Below are positions 1 through 11,103 of a stretch of DNA of 64,000 nucleotides, piece by piece. The stretch comes from Hamiltosporidium tvaerminnensis FI-OER-3-3. Taxonomy: Eukaryota > Fungi > Microsporidia. The translations under genes were made by a program, and so were the position numbers. A model generated the notes under the pieces. The model ran no database searches. It worked only from the letters and a program-made list of their open reading frames with translations, and was not told where the DNA came from. Position 1 is the first letter of the stretch. Every line of letters starts with the position of its first letter. Location: NCBI GenBank assembly GCA_022605425.2, contig JAKIMF020000011.1, positions 558,001 to 622,000 of the forward strand, read 5' to 3'.

Positions 1-1204
1 TATTAGATATGGCAGAGAATCGCTTCATATTGAGACATGGAGTTTCATTTGTCATTTTATTTTAAGCAAAAAAGGTTTTCGAGAGTTCGAAGCATTTGTG
101 AGGGAAATATTGTATGGATTTGCTTATTTTTTATGTAATTTTAATAATTCTAATTCCTATTCTTGGTTAAAAAACCGTGGCTCAATTTATAAAACATAAT
201 AACTTCTTAAACCAATCATTGATTATAACTTGAATAGCGAGAAATAAGAAAAGAAATTCAGCCTAAAATATTATAAAACTCCTTTACATTAATTTAAACT
301 ATTTAAATTAAATCAATCTCATGAATAGCTTGTTACTCCGTATTCACCTTTGTATATTTTATTCGATAGAAAATTTAAAATTTAATTATATTTAAACTAT
401 TCTTCTATTTATTTGACTAAGCTGATGTTAATCTTAAGTATGATTTATAAATTTAGATATAAACTTTTCAAATTTAATTTTTTTAGTATTAAAAATTTTA
501 TTTGAATCTTCACAATCAATTAAAAGACCTTTTTAATTCAAGATACGGTTTTAAAAGTTTATTTGAAATCAAATAATGTGACAATAAAACAGTGAATATT
601 TTATTTAATTCACACTAGCGATTTCAAAGAAAATTCCAATGAAAATATTTTAATTTAATGTAAATATTCAAAAAACGAATTATTTTTTTTAATAAAAGAT
701 TCTAAAATAGTAATATATCAATATTAAGATATATTTGATAAGTGTTTGAAAAAAAAACGTTTATCTATTATGAAACATTGTTTTAGATTTGATTTACAAT
801 GAAATTTAAAGATTTGAAATGTTTTTTTGATTGATATATTTGAAGAAAAAAAATTGAAAGGAAGGATATATAAGCTGAACCATCAATTAAACTTTTTTTA
901 AATTTTGAAAATTTAGATAGATTAAATTTATTATGAATTTATGCCTGTGCTTTTTATAGTATTTGAATTTGTTTATACATATTTACTAAAATAGTTGAAT
1001 TCAAGATTAAATTAATTATTTTTTAATATCAAAATTGACCTATATGTTTTCTTTTTATGGCATACAGAATCATCAAAAAAAATATTTTGATCTACAGTTG
1101 TAAAATTTATCAAAGGCATTATCTTAAAAATAAATTTAAAAACAGATTGTTTTATTATTGTTTTAGAAGAAATGTATAATTTATAAAGGCGAGAAAGAAG
1201 AAAT

Positions 1205-2257
1205 ATGGTGATATTAGAATTGAATCGACTAAACAATATGATGCAGTGTATACTATTTACAATATTTTTATTGAGATTTAGATATTTTGTTCGTGGTATT
1301 GAAGAAGAAGGATATTTGTACTCGATTGATGAGAAAAAGTTCTTAAGTTATGATAGGAAGAATAGTAATAACGACCAACGAATATATCTTGTAAATGATG
1401 AAATGCCAAATTTATTTTTAATGGAAGAACATTTTGGCGGAGGCGATTCTATTTTATATTTGGCAGCAACAGATAAAAAGAATCTAGTCTTAGATGACAG
1501 TAGATCTACGTATGAACTTATTTCATGGGAGAAACATGGTTCTGCCAATCAAAGATTTTCCTTGAAAATGGTTCCATATAATCGCATTAAATTAGAAGTA
1601 ATGGGAAAATGCATTTCGACAAATCATCATTCAGATTATCTTAAAGAGGAAATATGTGATAACTTTGAAAGCTCTAGAGGCCAATATTTTAGATGGATTC
1701 CAAAAAAATATCATCAGATAGTCGAAGAGACGATTGATAGAAAAAAATATTCATCTAGAGATCATCCACGTCGGCATGAAGATAGAGGAGGACAGCCTTA
1801 TCCAGATGAAGCATATCCAAGCCGACCGAACCATCCGATCAATTCATATCGCGATGAAAATTATTTTCCAAGCAGACACGACGAATACCCAAGGTATAAT
1901 TCTCATAAGCCGAAAAGACAGGAGTCTGATCAATATCATCCAGATAAAAACTACTATGAAGGATCTAATCATGCTCCTGTTAATTCATATCCAGAATATC
2001 AAAAAGAAAAATACCCAGAAAATGATCATTACAGAGATGGAAATTACGATAATTCATATCAAAATAATCGAAGGCACAAAATGGCTCCTCCATTACCGCC
2101 CATTGTACATAGAGATTTTGAATCAGATGAAAGCAGTTTTTATAAAAATATAAATAGTTCTCCTTCATTGAACAATGATTGTATATGTTTCGACGATGAA
2201 CTAGAACGTAAACTATGCGAATATACCAACATTCAACCACTTCCTTTTGTTTTGTAA
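1205..2257 (+). CDS. Secreted ricin-B-lectin (beta-trefoil)-like protein with Tyr/Pro/His/Asp-rich low-complexity C-terminal half
   Basis: Hydrophobic N-terminus (MMQCILFTIFLLRF; true start may be ATG 1238). QxW/F-type motifs HGSANQRF and RGQYFRW plus a Cys pair (KCI...EIC) resemble microsporidian ricin-B lectins. Repeated YP/NSY motifs follow. Confidence 0.6.
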   Translation: MVILELNRLNNMMQCILFTIFLLRFRYFVRGIEEEGYLYSIDEKKFLSYDRKNSNNDQRIYLVNDEMPNLFLMEEHFGGGDSILYLAATDKKNLVLDDSRSTYELISWEKHGSANQRFSLKMVPYNRIKLEVMGKCISTNHHSDYLKEEICDNFESSRGQYFRWIPKKYHQIVEETIDRKKYSSRDHPRRHEDRGGQPYPDEAYPSRPNHPINSYRDENYFPSRHDEYPRYNSHKPKRQESDQYHPDKNYYEGSNHAPVNSYPEYQKEKYPENDHYRDGNYDNSYQNNRRHKMAPPLPPIVHRDFESDESSFYKNINSSPSLNNDCICFDDELERKLCEYTNIQPLPFVL

Positions 2258-2649
2258 ATAAATTCTACATTTTTATGAAAGATATTATTGTTCAAACTAG
2301 TATTCTAATTTAATATTTAAGCTTAATCTTGTAAACTATTCTCAAATATTCTGCTTTTATAATATGTTAGTAATATATAGGATCACTCATTGATTTTAAA
2401 TTTAACTTAGATCATTCTATGCTTCTTTAAGATTCTTTGATTAATAAATTTCAAAGGATGACACATCATACTATATCGATGATTAAACAAAATAAAAAAT
2501 TTCTACCTAAAATATTCAAAAAATTAATCTAAGTAGGTAAATAATTTATACTTTGGACTTAATTAAAATATAAATTCGTTTTTTCTGTGATATAAATAAA
2601 TTTATATTAAAAACAAGATATTATAATTTTAGGAATGGTTTTGAAATTA

Positions 2650-2875
2650 AGATGGAAGAAGAATTATCACTTTAGAAACCATCTAATTTACATTGAGTGT
2701 GAGAATTGTTCGAAAAATTTTATTGAACTTTCAGTTGGATATAAACCACACTGATCTATACAGAAATTTCTTATAATCTAGAGTTACATATATTAAAAGA
2801 AACAAACAGAAAACTTTAATTTGTTCATCCTCGACGCTGAGAAGGAAAAGAGGAATGAAATAAGTAAGTAAGTAA
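2650..2875 (+). mobile_element. SINE-like family B, copy 1 (~230 bp, (TAAG)n tail)
   Basis: Similar to 27131-27357(-) and 36291-36514(+). Has a 3' hairpin TTCATCCTC...GAGGAATGAA followed by TAAGTAAGTAAGTAA. Confidence 0.75.
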
Positions 2876-3747
2876 TTTTCGCTTTAAAAGAATTTTCTTA
2901 TAAATATAAAACATCATATATTATGACAATAGAAATAATTTTTATACTATGTTTTGGTCTTAGATTTTGAATATTCTATGTTAAAAAAAATATTTTTGAA
3001 GTGGATTTTGTATAAAGCGCAAACATAAAAATTGTGGTTCTTCTAGATTATATAGAAAAAACTATAAATGAACAACCCAATGCCAATAAAAAAATATTTC
3101 ATAATAAATTTGAGTTATGAATATATTAATTCAAAAAAAAACATGAATATTCATTTGAATTATTTCGAAATTACTAACAAAAAGGTATATATTTCTAAAA
3201 AAATATCTTACTACAGTAAGATCTCAAAATTTTTTAAATGAAAATCACTTTTATATGTTTCATTTCGCAAATTATTCATATTATTTTAAGAAGCACATAG
3301 GAAAACTGATTTATAATTTTCTCAAAATATATAATTTATTTTGAATTTACACATTTATTGTTTTTAAGAATCAGTTTTATAAAAAAAGATGTTTAAAAAA
3401 TTATATAATAATTTTTAGTTTTGCTTTATTTTTAAGGACTGCTTTCACATTTATTTTTATATGATTGACACACAATATTAAATGTATTTCTCGGATCGAA
3501 ATTAAGACAAATAAAATATATTATATCTGATTTAATGTTTGCGCATTTAATAAAAACTTATGAAGGGATTATTGACTTTTTTGTGTAAAAATTGATTTTA
3601 TAATTTTTTTTTAATTCAAGGAGTTTTTGTAAAATATAACTACACCCATAATATTAGAATCTTATTTCTAGAAACCTATTTTGTTTAAACTAGTAAAATT
3701 TTTAAAAATATTTTAAAAATATCTCATAGATATTACAAAGAATAACT

Positions 3748-4477
3748 AGTAGAGGAAGGAAAACAACTTTAAAAACTTTTTGGTTGGTAATGAGTGTGTC
3801 AAATTGGTGTGAGGATCATTGTTTGGATTTTTAGTGGAAATGAAATTATACTATATCTTTAGTTGTTTCATGGGAGTTGTTATGAGGAGGATAGGTCTAA
3901 GAAATGGCGAAACTTTTTTTTACAAATTTAATTATAGTTTTTTATGTAACTAGACTGTAAACACTGTTAACATGTAAATAATTGCCATGTAAAAGCATGG
4001 AAACCTAGCCTTGCTCACTCGGGTTAGAAGACTTAGCGCCTGGGAGATACAAAACAAAAAACCATTTAAAGCCGGGAGAGCTAAGTAGCAGGTTATACCT
4101 GTTTGTATGACATTGCACTGTCTAGGTGGACCCCATGTAAATCTCTGAAATATATCTTAGCTAGAAGTTTATTGGGTTTAGAAAGTGTAGAGTAAGTCAA
4201 AATGCTGCATAGTCTTGGGGGGAGCCCAGGGGGGGCTTCGGCGTTCGATCACACTCCATGCAATGGACATTAACGAACTCCGGGCAACTGCCTCGCCTAT
4301 TAATTAGGTTCTACAAACCTGGTAGATGAAAAGCCTTGGTACTTAGGTATCGCAGGGTTACCGATGGAGTGTTGGGGTAGCAGTCATTTATGTTAAACCT
4401 AGAACTGGGTTAATCTCATGAAAACAAATATAACACTTGCCACTGTTTTAAAAAGGTGTCATACTTTTAAATAAAGT
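3748..4477 (+). mobile_element. SINE-like family A, copy 1 (~730-bp GC-richer structured non-coding retroposon)
   Basis: Colinear with the reverse complement of 24730-25450. Flanked by direct repeat TTACAAAGAATA (3733-3744 and 4478-4489). No ORF conserved between copies. Confidence 0.8.
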
Positions 4478-5164
4478 TTACAAAGAATACTCATTGTTTA
4501 TTTTATACTTTTATTAAAATATTATTGAAAATTTAAACATAGATTATTTCGTTCTAAATCTTAAATATATGTGAATGAATATAAAATTCTTATAAATTCC
4601 AATATACCAAGTCTTAGATTTGATTTTAGTAATAGATATCATTCGAATAAAATAGAATATAGATGTATAATATAACAAAAACTTGTTTCTTTTAACATTA
4701 TTTTGTTATCTAAACTGGTTATTGGATAATTTAATATTGTTCACTAATATTTATAGAAAAGGTACTTAGAATAAACAAAATTAACTTGATGGTTTAATTA
4801 AATTTGTATCTAAGTGAGAGCTATTTAATAAGTTTTTTGATTTTATTTTTAGGATATATATTATAATTTAGATTTTGGGATTTTATATTTGAAGTGAAAA
4901 TGGAAAAATTAATATATATTATTTAATCATATTCGGAATCCTGCACATATAATTTGCATTTAAAGAATTTGCAAAATTTTTTGTTGAAAATTTTTATACA
5001 AATTGATTTAACTGGTTTAAAAATTTATTAAATTTGTATAGAGTTGTGGAAATAAAAAAAACTACTAACATTATTTATTATGAAAATCTTATATCGAGTA
5101 AAACACAATATTTATCACTTTTGAGATTTTTGAATTTCTTAAATAATATTTTGACATTCCTGAT

Positions 5165-6531
5165 TTAATCCTGTTCTAATTCTTTTTTTAGAATTTTAAA
5201 TATTTTATTTTCCTCAAGTTTCTGAATATTCTGATAAATTCCTTGAAATAAATTTACAGTAGATATTGGGCTTTCCAAAAGTAAAGCAAAATTTTTGCAA
5301 AATTCCTCCACCATAATAAGAGTTCTATAATCTAAATCCATGACAGAAAACAGATTAGAATCATCTATACTGATAAAAAAGAATCTGTATTGAGATAAAA
5401 AGATATGCTTGTCTTTAAAAACCGACTTTAAAAATTTATGATCGTTTAAATATCCAAACAGTTTTTGGTCTATAGTATGTTGATTTGACGATGATTTGAT
5501 ACAATAGAGATAAATTCGTATCGAATTGAAACAAAATATTATTTTGTTTTTATCTTTTATAAAATACATAAACGATGAGAATATTAACTTTTCAATACTT
5601 TCGTTTTTTAGAATATCTAAAAAAGGATACATAATATCAAAAATGGAATTATATGAAAGACTTTTAGCCGAAGGTCGTTTCATGAAATCATTAGAGTGGC
5701 AAGCACTGATTATTTTGGTGATGTATTCAAGATCTACCTCGTAAAAATATGGTAATGGCAAATCAGATACGATATCTTTAATTAAGGAACCAAGACTCCA
5801 AATATCAGCTTTGGTTGTGTAAATTGTAGAATTTCTTACTTCGGGCGAAATATATATATATTTATTTATTTCTTTTGGGTTATAATCCTCGAAAATGAAA
5901 TATAGATTATTTTCAGTGCAAGATAATCCAAAATCGATTATTTTGATTTGTAAATCTTCTACAATAAAAATATTATTAGATTTCAAATCATTATGTATAA
6001 TTTTATTGTCGTTTAATAATCTTAATCCAAATAAAATATGCTTAATTATTACAATCATTTCCAAATTTGTCGCTAAATTTTTTTTACAATAATCATATAA
6101 AGTACAATCAAAATACTCTAGAATTAAAACTTTATACTTTTCTTGATATCTGGCGGTTCCAGGAATTTTCGGAACATATTCCGACTTTAATAATTTGTAA
6201 ATTTCTCCTAATTTTCAAATCCATTTTTGTCGTCTTTAGGATACAGTTTTAGCGCAAATGTTTCATTTTTTTGAAAATTTTTTCCTTTATAAACATTAGC
6301 ACTAGATCCTTCATCTATATAATGTATTCTATATGTATCAAGTTCACCGCCATCAGTTTCAAGCGTTATAATATCTGGCATTGTATCAGCCTTTTCATTT
6401 TCTGTTTCACAAAAATTTCCAATATTTATAGCATCCGAGACAGCTGTGGTATTATTATTTTTTTCTAGAAAACAACTAGGCCAAACGTTTGAAAATTTAT
6501 AGATTAAAATAATAAATGAAATATTTTTCAT
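5165..6531 (-). pseudogene. Signal-peptide-bearing Ser/Thr protein kinase split by one stop/frameshift near 6205-6212
   Basis: 5' ORF: signal peptide, IDEGSSANVY (Gly loop), FALK. The shifted frame continues EIYKLLK...ILEYFD into HNDLKSNN, IIDFGLS, YISPE, KADIWSLG. CCC motif upstream of the ATG. Confidence 0.85.
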
Positions 6532-7170
6532 ATCTTTGTCAGAAGGGGATATGATACAATTTATAATTCATCATAATTTATTCAAAATATTTTTTTTAGA
6601 ACAATATTTCCTTTTTCGGTAATCACAAAAAAAAATATTTAATTTATCCGATTTTATATTTTTTTCCTTTAGAAATATTAACTAATTTGGTAGTTCATAT
6701 GTTTAATTTATCATATAAAATTTAATTTATGTATCTAAAGAAAATAAGAAATTTTTCTTTTTTCTTTTATTTACGAACTAGTTATATAAAAAAAACACTG
6801 TTTATGTAAATAATACATTACTGTTCGAAAAAATATTCTTTAAAATTAAGTACAAAGAAATATTTAATCTAATTCGCTGAAAAAACTACGTAAAATATTA
6901 AGAAATAATTTAAATATAAAATCACTCCAAAATACTATTTGAACATCACAACAAACCAAAACTACTAAAAATAATAATCAATTTGTATTTATATATTTTA
7001 ATATATATTTAAAGCATAGTTTTTTGTCTTTGCGTTTTTTATATACCCTACTATCTCTTTCCCATAATTTTCTTTCTTTCTTTCTATATTAATAGAGTCA
7101 ATGCTTTGATTTCAAATATTTTGTTTAGATATTAGAGGTGGATAATTTTGGTTTTGTTTGTAAATAACAT

Positions 7171-7186
7171 TTAGGGTTAGGGTTAG
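7171..7186 (+). repeat. Short interstitial telomere-like (TTAGGG)2TTAG
   Basis: ttagggttagggttag read directly. Confidence 0.5.
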
Positions 7187-7199
7187 TGTTAAAGTATTC

Positions 7200-8000
7200 C
7201 CGAGTAGTATATCGTTAATGCATTGAAGCGTAATGTATTAATTATTTTAACCAATTTTTATAACAAATTACAGCCATAGACTTTGAATAGTATTTTTTCC
7301 CTGTTTAAATGAGAATTCTCGATTAAATTTTTGCGCGCAGATAATATATATTTTCTATACATTAATGTATAAAATAAGTTCGTAGCAAAGCATTTATGGT
7401 ATTTTTCATAATATTGTTTCGATTTACCTCATTTAGATTTTTGCATATAACATCTATACATAAAATCCAGATGATTTTTGTACGATCATATTTCAAAAAT
7501 CATTTTTTTTAAACAGTTTATGGCGATTTTAATGGTTTGATTCAATTTAAATTACCATTCATAATCAATTTCATAGTTGAACAAAAGTAAATGATAATGT
7601 TTATGAAATCTACATTGATCGTTTATAATACTCTTTTTCTCGCTTTTGCATAGTTGTTTTGATAAATTACTTGAAGCGTGTGACCAATAACCCTTATACT
7701 GACGCACATCCATAGATATTAAGTAAGCGAAAATATGAAAAACGAATTACATTATCCTTTATGATAAGATTTTTTTCAAAAAATTTTATCTCGAGGAGCT
7801 AAATAATCTACGATATAACCACTGATTGCAATAATGATAATTTTTTAAGTTCCCGCAATACATGCATGCTCTAGCATATAACAGAAAAATCTTCATCTTT
7901 TATTTTAATTTTGTTTCCTTGCCATACCAAATGGCTATGTACTAATATTTGAGCTTATTTAGTAATATATCCTTGCATGATATTTTTTTGGATTAAATTT
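7200..8000 (-). mobile_element. Decayed Tc1/mariner-IS630-like transposase remnant (boundaries approximate)
   Basis: Minus-strand fragments resemble IIIAISG and YS..NLIEN (cf. YSPELNPIE). Many stops. Confidence 0.35.
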
Positions 8001-8449
8001 CTTTTTATTATCGGCTAGTCAATGGATTTCTAAGGTTTGGCATTGAATTTATTTCAGTCAATATTCTAAATACAAAATTGTTTGTACACATTAGGTTTTA
8101 TAATCATTTTAACTTTGAATTGTGGCTATTCAAGTTTAATTTTATACCCTTTTTAGACAAATTATGAGCAGCAAAATCATTATTTCGCTTTAACTAAACA
8201 CAATATAGACTTAAAATAATTTCTGTTTCCGTAAAATAACTACAATAGAGATCTTAGCATGAGACATACTATAATTCTTAGCATAGTTGCTCGTAAAACA
8301 TCTTCGAAATCAAATGAATCAGTCAGAATAAGTCGAAGTAATTGAAATGATATTTAATTTATAATATCATATATAACTTGATTGCTGAAATCAAATTATA
8401 TACCCTAAATCATTTAGGTCTAATTAAATTATAAAATTAATGTTGTTTT

Positions 8450-10600
8450 CTTTCTACCTCTTAAAATGAGCTACGACTTGAACTACTTTTCCATCTTTCA
8501 TTATTTTTAAATATTTATAATTTCTACCAACTTCTAAAAGATTTTCAGCATATTCACACGTGGTACCATATCTGATTCTTCACATTTTCAACCTTACCAC
8601 TCTAAAATCGCTATGTAATAATTTTATCTTACCTTTCATCTATTCTATGTTTAATTTTATACAAGAAGATATTAAGATAATACATAAATAATAGATGCTC
8701 GGTAGTGGGAAAACTCCGTATGTATAAACTGTCAGTTTTGTGTATTATAAATTGAGTTTTCTGCTCATTGGATCCAGACCAAACCTCAACCACAGAAAAC
8801 GCATAGATTTGCTATTATAACCTTTTTAATCTTTGTGTTAATGTTTCTTTAGGTTCTACTCATAAACCATGTTTTGCTTTTGATATAATTACCATAATAA
8901 ATTTCAGAAAAAAATCTGTGAGATATTTTTTAAATGAATTCAGTCAAATAGAGACGCTCTATCAAATAATTGGTATTTTCTAGATAAATTTTTGTTGCAT
9001 TAGAATTTTTTTATTTTAAAATCTTTAGCAACGTTAAAGAGTATTTATTTTTAGGTCTTTAGTCACTTTTTATAAATCCTAGCTGTATTATAAAGAGTAG
9101 CCACTCATAAGTATTAGATTCTAGCTAAAAGAATTGCCTAATTCTTATAGTTAACGTGGACAACTCTGGCATGCAAATAATTGCTCTGTAGTCAGAACCT
9201 CTAAGAGGAATATCTTTAAAAATCAGATATCTAAGAAAGAACATAATTCGGCAATCTGAAACCTTTTTTTTCTGAAATAAAAATCTATTAATGACGTAAA
9301 ACCATCCATATCAGCCACGGGGTTCTTTGATGTAGAAATTATAAATAACATTATTCCAAAGACTTTAGAGGCAAACCCCAATAAATTATACTAATAAATC
9401 AATTGTGTAAACAACCCATGAGAAAAGGTGTTAGAATACAGTTATGTTAATGCACCGCACAAATATTATTTGTCTCCCTTTTTAAATTGAAAACTTAATA
9501 TTCATCTCGCTCATCCATATTCTCGGATTTTTTAGGCTTTGAAAGCCGAAAATACAATAACTTTAGAATGACTCAAAAATACATTTACAATTCCGAATAA
9601 ATTCTAATCTTTTAATCAATAGCTCATTTTACCAGGCATTAAATGACTATTCATCTGATCTAGATATCCAAGAAAATCATTTATATCGCTTAAGTTTGAA
9701 CCGAGAACTTCCATGATGTTCGGTTTCTAAACCAAAAAGTTTTTCATACTTAGACTTTCTCGAGAAAGTTATCAAAAATCATCAACCTATCAACTTATTT
9801 TCTTTGCTCCGTATTCAACCAAATCTAAGTTCATTTGTATTTTACATCAAGATTCATACTGCTTGAATAATACGTGCTGTACAGGCATCGTCATCTATAT
9901 GTGAGACTCAGAATATTCTCCGAATAAAGACCAATTATATCTGACGGGAATATATCAAACAATTTTCTAATAGCTCTACTTTCATTTCAATACATTTACA
10001 ATATTATTATCCGAGATTTCTAGTATCTTACCAACATGTCTATATTTCGGGGTTTATAAGTAGAAATTTTGTCCTAAACATGGCTCAGCCAAACGAGTAA
10101 AGATATTAGATACGCAGTCCGTATATAATAAATCTAATTTATTTAGCTAAAATAAAAAGTGTTTAGTTCTGCAATAAAACCATAGTATATACATACCTGG
10201 TGGTTCTTAAATATCCTAGCGTTTTAGATCAGCTTTTTCTGGATATTTCTCACATTTTTGTATTTCTAGAACCACATACCAGCCAATTTCTGCTTTCAGA
10301 TGTAATATAGTCTAGTTTAAGCCCAATATGATGATTGATTGTCGTCTTATATAAAAGATGTATTAGAATTTAGAATACCATCAGCTAATCTAAACACAGA
10401 ATAACAAGGTAAGAGAAATAAGGTGGCCTGTAAAAAGCAGACAGGATTAGTCTAGGAGCGATTTATTGATAAAAGATGGTATCATCAGCAATAATCAAGT
10501 AAATTGAATCCCTCGAAGTCCTTACTGCATCAGAAACATCAAATTCTTATTTTTTAATCCCTTTTCAAGTACTTAACAGCTTTTCCTCATTTTTTTATAA
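8450..10600 (-). mobile_element. Decayed Ty3/gypsy pol remnant (RT-RNase H; boundaries approximate)
   Basis: Minus-strand fragments in canonical order: YIDD-like (~10345), YYGFI (~10180), LAEP...FYL*T (~10075), NPVAD (~9315). Confidence 0.55.
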
Positions 10601-11103
10601 ATTTTCGCGTCCATCTTTTTTCTTTCGACTCTTCTTTAAGAATTAAATTCAAAATTAAAAAAAAAATATTAAAATAGAATACTAAAGGTTAAATATAAAA
10701 AAATAGATAAAAGAAATTAAATTAATTAAATTTTTTATATTAAAAGAGATAAGAAATTATAAATAGAAATATTTAAGATAATTTTTAAGGTTTAAATTTA
10801 ATATCATAAAAACACCTAAAACATAAAATACCGAACAATAATACCAAATAAAATATATTTTTCGAAAATATAGGATTCTAAGCTATAAAAAAATTAACTT
10901 AAATTTTGTTTTCAATAACAGCTCAGACATCATAGATGTTAATAGATACATTGACATAGATCATTACATAATATTACAACTAGATATCAATAGAAATATA
11001 AATATTACTAATCAGTAATACTCGTCAACTTTACATACATCAGTACCAATATTAAATATTAATTGCCAATATAGATAGTAAATGATAGAAACAAACAAAA
11101 TGT

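Noticed and set aside
3775-3820. U6 snRNA origin for the shared SINE head
   Set aside because: Faint GCTTGGCA...AAATTGG resemblance, but no ACAGAGA box; could be chance.
3990-4420. Family A as telomerase RNA, RNase P/MRP or group I intron
   Set aside because: Only partial motif look-alikes (CTAACCC, GAACTCCGGGC, AGAAGACTTAG). There is no full template or complete conserved core, and the element is multicopy with a TSD.
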